A DNA stretch of 64,000 nt from Camelus ferus (lineage: Eukaryota). The position numbers and the translations under genes are program-made. Below, piece after piece: positions 50,836 through 64,000 of this stretch (position 1 is its first letter; each line of letters starts with the position of its first letter). The stretch lies in contig NC_045696.1 of NCBI RefSeq assembly GCF_009834535.1, positions 57,600,001 through 57,664,000 of the forward strand, given 5' to 3'. The notes below the pieces were generated by a model. It was not told the origin of the DNA, searched no databases, and was given only the letters and a program-made list of their open reading frames with translations.

Positions 50836-53800
50836 GTATGTTCTTCTGAAGCTTGGATGCCTGGGGAGCGTGGTGTGGGATCAAGCTGCATCTGGGGCAG
50901 CTGTTCAGAGGTGGGGCTGACAGCCAACAAGGGAGAGGGTAAGAAGGGGTGTGGGGTACATGCTTAAAACCCTTGACCATCAGGCTTGACTTGCAGACTG
51001 GCTATGTCAGAGGTGGGATGTTACCAAAATGTGTCTCTTCTAGGCAGTTCCCTCTACCTGTTTTGGTGAGCTAAGAGACATGAGAGGCAGGAAATAGAAG
51101 GTGCCACTTACCAAACAACCGGCACCCGCTCTTGGCCCTGGACTGCTGGGGGCTCCAGTTAGCTCTGCTCCAAGAGAAGTTGTCCAAGTATGCTGGCCCT
51201 GCCTGAGCCCCTTGCCCCAGTGGGGAGTCCAGAGGATGAGAGCAAAACTTACACCCTCTGCAGTGGCCTCTGCTTTCTTGTTTGGCGTTTCACTTCTCCT
51301 GGCCAGAAACCTTTGCCCATTGCTTCTTCCCATCCAAGTGCCCCATCCCATTATTGGCCCCTCCTGGCACCAGAGACCAATGGCTCATTTGGAAAGAAAT
51401 AGTCCTAGATCAAAAAAGAGCCCAGGTGGTAGTTTATCGTGTTCTGTATACCATGAACATATTTGCATTTGCAAATAGGCTTAAAATAGTGCCTCCACTA
51501 ATAGTTATTTAAGGCTCTGGAGAGACACGTGAAAATAATTTTTGGCCAAGGGACCTTCCCACTCCTCTCAAATTGTAATAATTAAGGAGTTGACCTGTTC
51601 CTCTGACATGCAACTCAATCTCGGAACTCAGGCTCTGGACTAAAATGAGTCTATTTAATTAAGTGCACAAATTCACAGTTCATATTGTATCTTCTGTTTG
51701 CTGCTGCAGATACCACTACCTATATTTACATGAGCTATCTTGTGTATAATGGAAGCTTTTATAAATCTCTGTTAATTTGTGTTTTCTAAATATATTTTTG
51801 AATGCTTACTATGTCCCAGGTACTGAGTTTTTAACAGGGAGCATATAAGACATGGTCCCTGTTCTCTAGAAGTTTCTAGCCTAATGGGAAAACAGTACTA
51901 ATTAAATATTCACACAAAAATGACTGTACAGCAACAGTGCTTTGGAGAGAAGAAACTGGTTCTTTGTGACTGTGCTCACTGTTCAAACACTATGTCTTTG
52001 AGTTTGATACTGTAGTTACTCTAATATCCCTGGGTAGCAGATGTCCCCTCGTGGTGGAGATAAGGACTGGATTTCACAGAGTGGCAGCTAGGTGGGAGGG
52101 GAAAGAACATGAAAGGTGAAAAGGTGAGCCAAGCTAGATTCTTTAGGAGAAATCAAGCTTCAAAGACCATGTTTCAAAAATCAGATAGAGGTGGGAGTTG
52201 AGTTTAGGGGTCTCAGGGTCAGGAGATTGAAGCTGTGAAGACACAGAACAGGGCAAACATGTCCAAAACAAGTGAGGAGAGCAGTGGAGAGGTTCCTGGG
52301 TAGCCGAGCAGAGTCCAGGTAAGTGTGGACACTTCACCTTTCATGGTCAGGCTGATAAGGGTATTTGGAGGTCAGGAAAGGTATGGCCCTAGGTTGAGCA
52401 CGTAACCCTTTATTAGACCCTTATCCTCGTCTCTAATCCAACATAGACACTTTCTGAACTGCACATCAGAGTATGCTTAGGCTGACGTTTGGGAGAGAGA
52501 CACCATTTTGAATATGTGTAGAAGAGAAGTGTGTCTTCAGCACTTTCCATCCCCCATCAAGGAAGGAAAAGTCCCATTCCCTGTTCTTCTCCCTCCTTTT
52601 GTGAATATGATTTCTTTCCGAGTTCCATTTCCTATTTAGATAAATTAACTTGAACTTAACTCTTCATAGCTAAAACAAAAGACATTTCTCCTTTACAGCT
52701 AGCATTTGCATTTTAGCAGGGGCTTTCAAAAATGCCTTTACCCAAGGAATGAGTAATTTGGGAATTCCAAGCACCAGGGTAGGACTAGTACATGGAATGT
52801 GGAGAAGGGGATGTCCCTCAAGTTGTGCTCTTGAAACACTGGTTTTCTCTCTTTGACCATTATTCTGGTTCTGAGAGAACAGGAAGGAGCTCCCTTAGAG
52901 GGACAGGATTGGCATGGCTGCCTTTTAGTAAGTTCTATGGGTCTTTCTCATGGCAGGCAGAGCCCTTGACTGGACGTACACAGATTCAGAGAGAGGAACT
53001 TGTAAAACTTTGCATGATGCTTACCCATAGGAACTTTTTGGCAAAAGGGGAAAAATGGTTTCTATAACCATTGGTAATTTGAAAAAGCAGTGGTCCTTGA
53101 CTCAGAAAGATCTGATTCTAGATATGTCTAGGAAAACTGGGCGTAAATCTTGTACACACACTTGCTGTTGGGAGACCAGCAAAGCTAATTGCTATGACCA
53201 TGTTATGCCCCTTCTGCCAGGCCAGTGAGGGGAATGGACTCTTAATTTTTAATACATTAGTTATCTACAATATTGGGGAGTGAATGAAAGCATCCCCCTG
53301 TTCCTTGTGAATCTGCATTGACATTTCTTCTTTGTACCTATGCATCTTTGATGCTGCTCCCCTCGTATCTGTGTGGAAACAAAGCTCCCAAATGAGTGAG
53401 GAAAAGGACACCAAATGAGAGGAAGGCAGTGTTAGGTCAGAAAATTCTTCACAGATGGGGGCCCCAAGGGATTTGCTCCAAGAAGAGATTGGAAACCAAG
53501 ACAGACATACGATCCAGCCTAAGCTAGAAGGCGATGTGGCTGGCGGGGGAGCTCAAGGAAACAGGACGGGTGACATGTATCCATAGCCAGTCATCTTCTG
53601 TGTCCACCAGACCCAGGAAGTGTTCACGTTTCCATCAAGGCATCACTCATGCCCATCTGTTTCATGTCATGCCCACTGCCCCCATGCTGGTTCAGCCTCT
53701 TCATCTTAGGTCTGCGCCTTTAATACTGGCTTTCTTGATCACCCTGATATCAGCCCTCACCTCCTTCTTCACGCCATTGGCAGGCTTATTTTCTTTAAAC

Positions 53801-54859
53801 TTTCATTTCATAGTCCTTCTGCTCCCACACTATTAATCTCAAACTCCCAATTTTCTATTAAATCAAATAGAAACTCCTTTTCTGACTGCCTAGGCCTTGT
53901 TAAGCTATCCTCCTCTACTTACAGAAACTCATTTCCCATTATTTGCCCAGAGTCAGCTTTTCTTACTGTCCTATAAAAGGCCATGGTCATTCCCCCATGT
54001 TCATGTATCATTACAGATTATTATATTTGATTGTGGCTTAGAAAGTTGCCAGAGACTGTTATACCAGTAAGAAACACTGAACACAGGGTTCTATGCCTCT
54101 GTTTTTGAACATGCATGTACACAAATGTGTGTATCAAGAATACGGCTGACATATTTATCCAGTTAAACTCAATCAAACATTTAAAAGTGGTTCATCAGGA
54201 GGCAGTAGTTTTTTGAGATTGTATCTCTTGAGGATTGTATCTCTTTGGGTCTGTTTGAAGCGCTGTCATGGGAAGAATTGTTGGAAGCTTGTAAAAGCCT
54301 TTCAAGGACAGAGGCAGGTGGCCACCATATCAAGCCCTGGATTGTTGCTGATCAACAATTGCTAAACTGAAAGGAACAGACATTCTCTGAGAAAGAGTCT
54401 GTTAGGCAGTGGCCTGGGCTGACAACTCTCTGGAGGGGGAGTATCGGAATGACTGGGCTTAGGTGGAGCACTGGGTAAAAGCCGCATGTGCTCTAAGAGA
54501 ACTCGACTCTCTCCTGCAAGCCCTAGCATGCGTTGCTTACTTTGTTCCTGTCACCAGGGGACTGTTCTGAGACCAAATCTGACTATTTTATGTCCTAGTT
54601 CAGATACCAGCACCTTCACCCCACCCTTCAACTAAACAATTGCTTGCTCTTCTCCATCTCTTCTCAAGCCCTGGACCACCTGTCAGCTCAGCAGACCCTC
54701 CACAGACCCTGGGATCCTCTAAATGCACCATACCATATATCATGCTAAAAATCAGAGGAACAGACTCTGAGGAGGGAGGGCAGGGGAAGGTGGTGTGTCC
54801 AGGTTTTCTCCCTTATTTTTCCTCTTTCCTGGGAATGTAATAAGAAGCCTGAGAGTAAA

Positions 54860-55340
54860 CTGAAAAGTTGTGGAGTTCAACCACTCCACCCAATTCATTA
54901 ATCTCTCTTAAAATGTCTCCTCTGCATTATTACCCCACTTTTGTTTGAGCAATTCTGGTGATGAGGAGCTCATTAGCTCACAACAAAGTCCAGTCCCTGG
55001 TTGTAGCATTCTGTTCAAAGTTCTTCATTATCTGAAGCTGAGGTCTGGCTCCCTATACTTTCCAATTATTGAAACTACTAGCCCTTTAACAACAGTGCGT
55101 GTGTCTTCGCACGGGAGGGCCCTTAAATATTCACAGACAGCCATCAGGTACTTGCAGGCTTCTCTTCTTCAAGTTCATTACCCTCAGGCCTTTTAACTGT
55201 TCCTCTTTTAACATACTTTCATTATTCCCTAGTGAATCCCTTAATAAATTCTAACTTGTCAGTGTCATTCAAGTATAACCACCTCACTGAATGTGATACC
55301 ACAAGTGATGTGGTCTGATTAGCACAGAGACCACATTCTA
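54860..55340 (-). mobile_element. L3/CR1 fragment
   Basis: ggtgatgaggagctcatt...aaagttcttcattatctgaagctg...ccttaaatattcacagacagccatca...tctcttcttcaagtt...ttttaactgttcctc. Confidence 0.55.
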
Positions 55341-56458
55341 CAGTAAGACTGAATTAACTTCTGATTAGCCGTGCCACGCTCATGTTTATGTGATTTTTAC
55401 AATGACTGTGGATAAGCTATTTCTCTCTTGTCTACTTATTCTACTTCACTTAAGTACAGATCTTTATGTCTATCCTGAGATTCAGCATGCTAGTATCAGA
55501 CTCTTTGCAGGCTTTGTAAATATTAGTTCAGCTCACCACCTGACCAGTAGCTATCTGGCTTATTCTTGTGCACATTTTTATGCACATCTGCACATTTGAA
55601 AGCAGAAGTATGATTTCTGTGCCTTCATTCATAGTTTTACTAAATATGTGAAAATGAACAAGTGAAAAGCAGAGCCCCACAGCATCCACTGGGGGTATTA
55701 GTCTATTAAACAAGAGTGATTCTTGACATTCACTTGTGGAATGAATGAATGAATGAATATATCTATCAATTAATACCTTGTCCTCATCCCCTATTTTTAA
55801 TCCATCACCGTATCCTCTTGATTATAATCCTAAATGTTGCTTGAACCTATCCACTTCTGTCTACTTTTGCTACCACAACCCTCGACCAAAAGTCCATCTT
55901 CTTTCACTTAAATGACTACAGTAGCCAACTGATTACTCTTCTGGTCTCTATTCTGGCTTCCTTACTATCCATTTGCTACACAGTAGCCAGAGTAATCTTT
56001 CCAAAATGCAAACCTGATTATGTCACTCCTCTGCTGTTCACATTGCTCTCATAAGAAAGACCAAAATCCTTAACTGAACCGTAAGATAAGCATGTTCTGG
56101 GACCTGCTGACCTCTCCAGTCTAGCCTCCCACCTGTCTATTCATTTTAGCCACGTCAACCTTCTCTCATGCACCCTCAGTGCCTTTGCATATGCTCTTCC
56201 TTTTGCCTAGTATCCTTCCAGGTCACCCTCTCCTCTCCAATCCTTCAGCTACTTAGCATCCATTCAATCTGTTCTGTTTACCTATTGGTGCATCACAAAC
56301 TGCTCCTGACTACAGAGCTTAAAACAATGAATATTTTACTCTCTCTCACAACATGTGAATCAGAAATTTGGGCAGGCTTCTGAGTGATTTTTCTGTTCCT
56401 CATGGCATCAACTGAGGTCACTTGGGGGTATTGAGCTGATAAGTGAGCTTGTCTAGAG

Positions 56459-56778
56459 CTACGCTGTCCAATTCAGCAGCCACTAGCCACATGCTGCTAC
56501 TGATCACTTGAAATGCAGTTCATCTTAATTGAGATGTGTTGTAAGTATAAAATACCCACAAGATTTTGAAGATTTAGCATAGAAAAAAGAATGTAAAATA
56601 TCCATTAATAATTTTTATGTTGATTACATGTTGAAATTATATTTTAGATATATTGGATTAAATTTAAAATATTATTAAAATTAATTTTATCTATTTCTTT
56701 TTAAATGTTTTAATGTGGCTACTAGAAATTTTCAAATTATATATGTGGCTTGCATTATATTTTTATTGAACAGTGCTG
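56459..56778. mobile_element. MER33-like hAT-Charlie element
   Basis: gctgtccaat..agcagccactagccacatg...atatgtggcttgcattatatttttattgaacagtgctg. Confidence 0.85.
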
Positions 56779-56786
56779 ATCTGGAG

Positions 56787-57011
56787 CAAGGGTTAGTATT
56801 TTTTTTTCTCTGTAAAAGGCCAGAGAGGAAATATTTTCAGCTTTGCAAGCCATATGGTCTCCATCACAACTACTCAACTCTACCATTGTAGTGCACAAGC
56901 AGTCACAGACAATACTTAAGTAAATGGATATGATGTAGCCCAATAAAACTTTATTTGTAAAAATAGATGGTGGCCAGATTTGGTCTGCAGGCTGCAGTTT
57001 GCTGACCTCTG
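56787..57011. mobile_element. MER58A-like hAT-Charlie element
   Basis: ctgtaaaaggccagagaggaaatattttcagctttgcaagccatatggtctc...ccaataaaactttattt...tttgctgacctctg. Confidence 0.88.
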
Positions 57012-58978
57012 ATTTAGAGGATTCAAGATTTTATTCACATGTCTGGTGCTTCTGCAAAGAGGGCTGGAAGGCTGGGCTCAGCTGGGACTGTTGACCCAAA
57101 CATCTACACATGGCCTCTCCAGCATGGTGGTCTCTGGGTAGTAGGGAATCTTTCATGGTGGCTCAGAGCCCCAGAGATGGTATTCCAAGAAACACGGAAG
57201 CTGCAAGTCTTCTTATGATCTAGCCTCAGAAGCCCCAAACATCTCTTCTAGCGTATTCTATTGGTCAAACAAGTCTCTAAGGCCAGCCCAGATTCAGGTA
57301 GAGGAGGCTAGATGCTACCTCTTCATAGGAGGAATAGCAAAGAATATGTGTCCATCTTTAATCTACCACATCATTATCCAAATCTCAGTTTAGGTTAGAC
57401 CTATTATAGGCCCTCAGAATACCACAAACCTCTCCTCTGTAGCACTTGCCATCGTAATTTTACATTTATTTTATGATCGTTATCTTGCTCCTCTACTAAA
57501 GTGTAAGCAACCACATGAAGAGGAGCACTTTCTGGTTTTGCTCACCGTTGTATTCCCAGCCCTTAGCACAAGGCCTGGCTCAATACAGATTTGTTAAATG
57601 AATGAACGACATTCGGGCACAGCTTTTCAGTGAAGTAACTGCATGAATAGCTAGCCCACATTTCTCCATGGCTCTCAAGCACATCGTGAGACACCCTGTC
57701 AGAAATTAAAATTCAGATATGTCCAATTCCCAGCAAACTTCTTATTTTGCAGTTCAGAAACTTTGTAAAGAAGGAAATAAGCCTGCCCTATTCTCCCAGG
57801 ACCCTAGAGGTAATCATGGCTTCTCCAAAGGGAGAGCTTCAGGTTCTGGTGCCTTGAGAAGTAACTCATACAGCGCATCACCCCAGAGGCCAGCCAAGGC
57901 CCCGGGCGGCTCGTGCTTCTCCCAGTCTTTACTCTCCTCTCACTCAGCTGACGGTGCCTGTCCAACAAGCCTGGCTTGTCCAGTCACAGTACAAGCTGGC
58001 AGAAGGCAAAGGGCCAGACCTTGACCGCTGAACTGAGGCCAACCGAGTCCTCCCTCCACGAGGTGGTGGCGTCTCCTGCTTTGCTTGGAGCAGGGACTCC
58101 CATATGTGAAGGGAGGCGATAAGTGATGCCAACTTCCACACTGGTCCTGGAGCTTGAAAGGCAGATATTTGTGGACACTCTGTCTTTCTTTTTAGTCCTA
58201 GGTCCAGGACCAAGGCCTGCACATTTTTGTACTCCCCCACAACCTCTAAAACAAGCCTGACACTGAGTAAATTCACTAAATATTTGCATGAGACCGTCTC
58301 AGTGAACAATCTTCCTTAGACATCAGCATTTTTCCTGGTTCCCTGATCACCACTAATGTTCTAGATGAAGTCATGAAATAGGGAACTTTTTTTTGTCACT
58401 CCCCAACTTCTGCCTTGGAATCCTTCTCTCACTTCCTGTGTCATCAAATCTGTACTCTCCTGCCCCACCCCATGACTGGCCACCACCACACCACGTCTTC
58501 TTCATAGTGCGTTTTGCCTGAACTAGATCCTACATCCTCCTTCAGACCTGAAACACAAAAAGGATCCCCTCCCTTTTTCACTCAAATACTTGTGGTTCCC
58601 AGAGTTTCTGTAGGCGAGGCTCAGCTGAAAAACAGTAACAAGTGTCTGGAGGTCAGGCCATGCGGGGAAACTGATTACCTGTCCAGGGCAGAGGAGCAGT
58701 CTCTGCCTGGAACATAATGGGCATTCAAGCAGCTCGGGGCAGAAGTTTCCCTGCTACAAAGGGGCACCTACGGCTCCTTCCTATCCCCCCATCCCACCTG
58801 TGCCCCTGTGTGTTGCACTCTGATTCCAGGAGCCACCGTCACACCTGGCCCTGGGGATATGCTGCCCCTGTTACCTTGAGAGTGGGTAGAACTGGAATCC
58901 TTTTCACTTGCTCCTACAGCACATCTGAAACCAGCTGGAACTGTTAAAGGAACTCCACCAGTGTTAAAAAGAACACAG

Positions 58979-59106
58979 TGAGTGACGGATGGAAATTTTT
59001 GGTGGTGAGCAAGCTGAAGTGTGTACAGAAGTGGAAATATAATGTTGTACACATGAAACTTTTATAATGTTATAAACCAATGTTACCTAAAAAAAAAAAA
59101 AATTGG
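58979..59106 (+). mobile_element. Short L1 3' end with poly(A), inserted at a MIR
   Basis: ggtggtgagc...gttgtacacatgaaacttttataatgttataaaccaatgttacc then poly(A). TSD aaaagaacacag / aaaagaacgcag (58967-58978, 59107-59118). Confidence 0.8.
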
Positions 59107-60609
59107 AAAAGAACGCAGGGAGGCTGTATGGGTTTAAATCTCAACTCCATCATTTATGAGCCAGGCAGCTAGGAATATTCCTTAACCTCTCTGAAACTCC
59201 ATTTCTTCATCTGTAACTGGGGAGAAATAATCCCACCTTGTTGTGAGGCATACTACTATAATTAGTCATTCAGCTGACTCTCACTCACGTTCTGTGATGG
59301 GCCAGGCATGCAAAGTAAGGGAAAGTAGTGTCTGATGGGTGCTTTTCTTTGGTTCCTGAAATGAACCTCCAGCTAAATTGACCAGTTCACCCACCTGCAG
59401 ACCTTGTTCTGCTCATAGCTGACAGCAATCTCCTCTCAGAGAATTTTCCCCCATGTAAATTCTTAGGTTCTTTCCTCTCCCAATCCCCTTTTTAGTCTCT
59501 CCCTCCGAAAGCAAGAGTATCTACTTCTCAGGCCCTCTGGAGAAAGCAGTGACTCGTAGTTGTGGTTACGAGTTCATTGCTCCGGGAGCAGTGACATTTC
59601 TGCTCTGTTTCAAAGCCAACAACACCAAAGAAAACTGGCTTCCTAATTCAGCCTGCACATTCCACGGCTAGAGGTGAGAGAAGTTTTTCACATAAGGCAT
59701 TTATACCCTATGAAAGAGGCCCGTGTCAATCTCAAGTGTTTTAGCACTATATTTTAACAGGATTCTCTGATAAACTGTGTCTAAAGTACTGGTCAGGATG
59801 GTGTGCCATCTCCAGATTAATGTTAGTGAAATTTAGTAGGAATGTCACTGCTGGGCAGGATTTTGAGGAGGAACACGATGGCTGTCCCCGAATCCTTGAA
59901 GAGCTTTGACAGAAATGTGTTAGGTTTACTGTGTTCCAGAGAACACCACCAGTATTAGTGACAGGAAGTGAAGGAGAGGCAGCTTCTCAGTTGGGGAAGA
60001 GAGAGTTTCTAAACAGAGAAGTCAGAAACAATGCTGACTTCCTTCTCACACACTGTGCTCCTCCTCGCTGCATGAGTGACAGGGACCACTTGTCCAAGAT
60101 TTCCCAGGGCCATACTGATTTCATGTAATTGCTTGAATTGAAGGTGATTCATGAAATTTAGAGCAAAATATAATTTTGACTTTGTGTCCCTTTTGACACA
60201 TTACCCCAGGGGAAAAAAATCTTTGATTAGTTCAAGTATATTGATGTTTGGCTTGCAAACAAGGGCAATTTCTATTTTAGGTGCAAGTTCAGACTCAAAG
60301 GGTTCCCAGTCCTCAGACTCTATGATAAATAGGATGCTGGTGGTGATATAGTATAAGGAAGTGCACAGGAATCAAATAGACACTCTTTTTCCAGATTCTG
60401 CCATTGTGTGGTGTCAGATTTGGCCTAACAGATAACGCCTAAGCTCTGAAACCTACCAAAATCCCTGGAAGGAAGGGAGGGAGCAATTGGGAGAGAGCGT
60501 GAGGTTCATAAATGAACACCTACTGTGTGCTTCAGCAACTGAATGTATTTTCAATTCTTTGTCACCAAGTACTAATTTTCTAATTAGTTACTAATTAGCA
60601 CTAATTTTT

Positions 60610-62165
60610 TAAATATAAAAGCACTCCTACACATCAATAAGAAAAAGTCCAAATTAACAGGAAATATTCTCTCTTATACATTTGAAAAGATGCTCATACT
60701 CAAAATAAAATAAATTCATTTTTAAATTACAATGAGAACCACCTCACACCCATTAGGATGAGTGCTAAAGAAAAAAATAGAGAAGATAACAAGAGTTGGC
60801 AAGGATGTGGAGAATTGGAACTCTTGTGCACAGTTAATGGGAATGTAAAATGGTGCAGCTGCTATGAGAAACAATATGGCAGTTTCCCAAAAAATTAAAA
60901 ATAGAATACCATATGATCCAGTAATTCCACTTTCGAGTACATACTCAAAAGAAATGAAAGCAAGGTCTCAAAGAGATATTTGCACACCCATGATCAACAG
61001 CCAAGAGGTGGAAGCAACGCAAATGTTTATCAACAGTTGAATGGATAAACAAAATGTAGTATGTACATATAAGGAGTATTATCCAGCCTTAAAAAGGAAG
61101 GGAATTCTGACATATGCTACAACATGGTTGAACCTTGAATACATTATGCTAAGTGAAATAAGCCAGACACAAAAAGACAAATACTTCACAATTCCACTTA
61201 TATGAGATACCTAGAGTAGTCAAATTCATGGAGACAGAAGGTGGACTGATGGTTTCCCAGGACGTGGTGGGATGGGGCAGAGGATCATGTTAAGTAACTG
61301 TCTAATGAGTACAGAATTTCAATTTTGCAAGATGAAAGGAGTTTTGGAGATGGGTGGTGGTGACGGTTACACAACAATGTGAATGTATTTAATACCACTG
61401 TACACTTAAAAAATGAGTAAGATGGTAAATTTTGTTATGTGTACTTCATGACAAAAATAATCTTTAAAAGTCACAATGAGATGTCATTTTGGCCTTCCCC
61501 ATTTGTAAAGATCACAAATCAGAGAACATACTATGTTGGGAAAAGCTACATGAAAATAAGCACACTCATGTTTTGTTGGTGGGAGCATAAACATAATTTT
61601 AGGGGAGAACAGGTTTTCAGTATCTGTGAAGATTAAAATTGCAATTACCCTTTGACACTTCGGTCAAGCCATTATGCTTCTAGGAAGATAGCTCACTGTG
61701 TGATTTGGCATATGATCGAGGTTCTTCATTGCAGCAGAAAATTGGAAAAACCTAAATGTCCATTGATAAGGGCTGGTAAAATAAATTATTGTCATCCAAT
61801 AGAAGATACAAGAGTAATATGCAACTGTTAGAATGAGGATACTCAGTACGTGCTGGTACAGAAAAGTCTCCAAAGGAGTGGTTAAGCGTGCAAAACTGTG
61901 CTACAGTATGCTAACATTTGTGTCTTAAAACAAAATGAAAGAAGAATATGAGTCTATGTTTTCATTTTGTTTTGCCTAAAATAACTGCAAGTAGAGGCAA
62001 GAAACTGCTAATAGGTAATAGTAGTCACTCCAGTTGTTTCTACGGGGAAAATCAGACTCCGAGGGAACAGGGTTGGGAGGGATAGACTTGCTTTCCACTA
62101 TCACCTTTACATGTTAAATTTAGTACCATGTGCAGGTATGTTCTATGCAAAATTTTTTAATTATA
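60610..62165 (+). mobile_element. L1MB-like 3' region (~60730-61465) within older L1 remnants
   Basis: ccacctcacacccattaggatg...ggcaaggatgtggagaattggaac...accatatgatccagtaattccact...attatgctaagtgaaataagccagacacaaaaagac. Confidence 0.85.
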
Positions 62166-62749
62166 AAAGAGGGGTTATAGTCTAGGAGGGAAGAAACATA
62201 ATGGACACTTTTAGCCTAAAGCTCTGTACTGGGTGCTCTGGGAACAGAGAGGAAGCCTGTTAGCACAGCCCCAAGGCATCAGGGATGGCTTCTAGTCAAA
62301 TCACCTCCAAGGAAGAAATTTTGCTATTGGATTGGGAAGAATTGTGCATCTTCCCCTGAGCATTGTTTTGTTTTTATCTTATGGACAGGCCTATAAATTA
62401 ATTCACCAATTAGGTTTTCCTTTTCACTTTGACTGTTAAAAAGCTACCAGCCAAACTTGTGCCCCACACCACACAAGGTGGGCAGCTTTCCATAGTAAGC
62501 GTTTAGCACTGGCCTTGTACTTGGCTCCACTTTATATTCCTGCATTTGGTTTGCTTTCCCTGTTTGTCATGTTGGTCATCTTTCCTATTCTGTGCTTCCC
62601 ACTCTACTGCCTTTTTGGTCTAAGCTGGGGTAGGTGGGTGAATACAAAAAGACCGAGGGCAGGAAAGAAAGAAGAGAGGATGGAGGTTTTAGAACAATGC
62701 CTGTCATTTTCCTTGGCTCTATCACACAGGTTAAGTGAGTGCTCCAGTG

Positions 62750-62930
62750 CAGTGGTTCTCAAAGTGGGGTCCTGAGAGCCGCAGCATCGCTACCACTGGT
62801 GAGGTTGTTGGACATGTGTTTCCCGCAGCCTACTAAGTCAGAATCTCTGTGGACAAGGGCCAGAAAACTGCTTTAACATGCTCTCCCAGATGATTCGTAT
62901 GATTCATACATTAAAGTATGAAAACCACAA
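62750..62930. mobile_element. MER5-like hAT element
   Basis: cagtggttctcaaagtggggtcc...cctactaagtcagaatctctg...tttaacatgctctcccagatgattc...aaagtatgaaaaccac. Confidence 0.75.
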
Positions 62931-62979
62931 GGAAGCCAAAGAAAAGTTGACTCCTAAACATTTGACCCACTGTACCCAT

Positions 62980-63411
62980 GTATCGGTCACAATAATGCCA
63001 GCTACTGCAGTAAAGAACCCCCCAAATTTCATCAGCTTAACACAATAAAAGTTTAGTTTTTGCTCATGTCACAGTCCAGTATAGGTCACTGTGAGGTGTT
63101 GAAAGCTGTTTTATTCATTTGTTCACCAAAACAGCTTCTTTCATAGTGAGGCTTTGCCATCTCTGAGGCCCTGGGACCCCTCCTCTGGATCTTCTGCATC
63201 CAAGCAGGCAGGGGAAGGAGGCAAGAGAGAGGAGGCTTTAGTGCAGTATCTGGAAGTAACACCCGTCTTCTCTGCCCACAGTTCATTGGCCAAAACCCAG
63301 TCACATGGCCAACCTAACTTGGGGGTAGAGGGATGGGGACATAGGGCATGTCTGTGGGGCTAGAAGGAAAAGAAAATGGCTTTGATGAACACACAGTGTG
63401 GTCTCTGCCAC
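62980..63411 (-). mobile_element. MLT1J/K-like LTR
   Basis: aaatttcatcagcttaacacaataaaagtttagtttttgctcatgtcacagtcc...cattggccaaaacccagtcacatggcc...gtctctgccaca. Confidence 0.7.
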
Positions 63412-63508
63412 ACCCACGGACCTAAGTGAATTTCAAACTCCGCTTGTCATATTTTAGTTTTCTGTTTCATTTTCTAATGAAATTTTATCTTTTCTTTTTT
63501 AACTCTAG

Positions 63509-63558
63509 CACCATGGGACTGAGAAACATCTTCGTGGTGATGGCCTTCCTGCTCTCTG
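63509..63558 (+). CDS. CD86: CD86 signal-peptide exon (T-MGLRNIFVVMAFLLS-G); gene continues off the right edge
   Basis: Polypyrimidine tract plus ctctag acceptor, ACCATGG Kozak ATG at 63513, donor G|gtaagc, 50 nt. Resembles human TMGLSNILFVMAFLLSG. Confidence 0.96.
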
Positions 63559-64000
63559 GTAAGCACCCTTTGACTCTGTAAAATCCTAGAATCCTCCCAC
63601 TGTCTCCCTATGAGCTTGACCTGCAAGCCCAGCCTTGAGACTTGGTGCATTTTACTCACTTTCTATTCAGTGTTCTGGTCTGTCCAGGAGTGCCTGGGGA
63701 GCAGGGAGGGTGGGGGAGGCCCCTACTCTGATGTGCTCTGTTCCCATCTCTAACGTTCTCAGGCTTTTAGGAAATTGCTGACAGATTTCTAAGTCTCTTT
63801 CCATTAGGGACCACTGGTTTCCTTGTTCCCTACCTTCTCCCCGCGCCCCCACTGCCCTCTCCACCAGCCCACGCCCAGCGATCAGTTGCCACTGCTTCCC
63901 GGGAGGATCAAGAAACCCAGCCCTATTCCTGCCTGCTTCAGCGCCCTTCAGCTGATGGTGTCAGCTGACTCACCATGAAGCTAAGGGGCTGAGCTCTGGG

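Larger units (their letters stand above)
56270..57370 (-). mobile_element. MLT1 (H-like) LTR split by two hAT elements
   Basis: gagcttaaaacaatgaatatt...atcagaaatttgggcagg...ggctggaaggctgggctcagctgggactg...ggcctctccagcatgg...ccatctttaatctaccaca. Confidence 0.75.
55800..57605 (+). mobile_element. L2 split by an MLT1 LTR
   Basis: cagtagccagagtaatctttccaaaatgcaaacctgattatgtcactcctctgct...gcctttgcatatgct; resumes ~57375 and ends ttgttaaatgaatgaa. Confidence 0.75.

Overview
Mammalian genomic DNA, most likely camelid: it carries a tRNA-Ala-derived Vic-1-type SINE and young L1 3' ends. The window holds the divergent 5' ends of two genes. ILDR1 (angulin-2, minus strand) has coding exon 1 in a CpG island (12068-12122) and exon 2 at 220-390. 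CD86 (B7-2, plus strand) has a distal first exon (~32482-32628), an alternative proximal first exon (~50641-50835) and the 50-nt signal-peptide exon (63509-63558). The rest is intronic or intergenic and rich in MIR, L2, L3, L1, MaLR/ERV LTR and DNA-transposon relics; most repeat boundaries are approximate and family names are from memory. I found no wholly new system. The best observation is an apparent swap of CD86 start-codon usage: the distal-exon ATG (MDPQC in human) is one base out of frame here, while the proximal exon supplies an in-frame MGICDS start. Also notable are an L1 3' transduction with intact target-site duplications (TSDs), a recent 93-bp tandem duplication, a 64-bp duplicated module just upstream of the proximal CD86 promoter, and two hAT elements sharing one target site.
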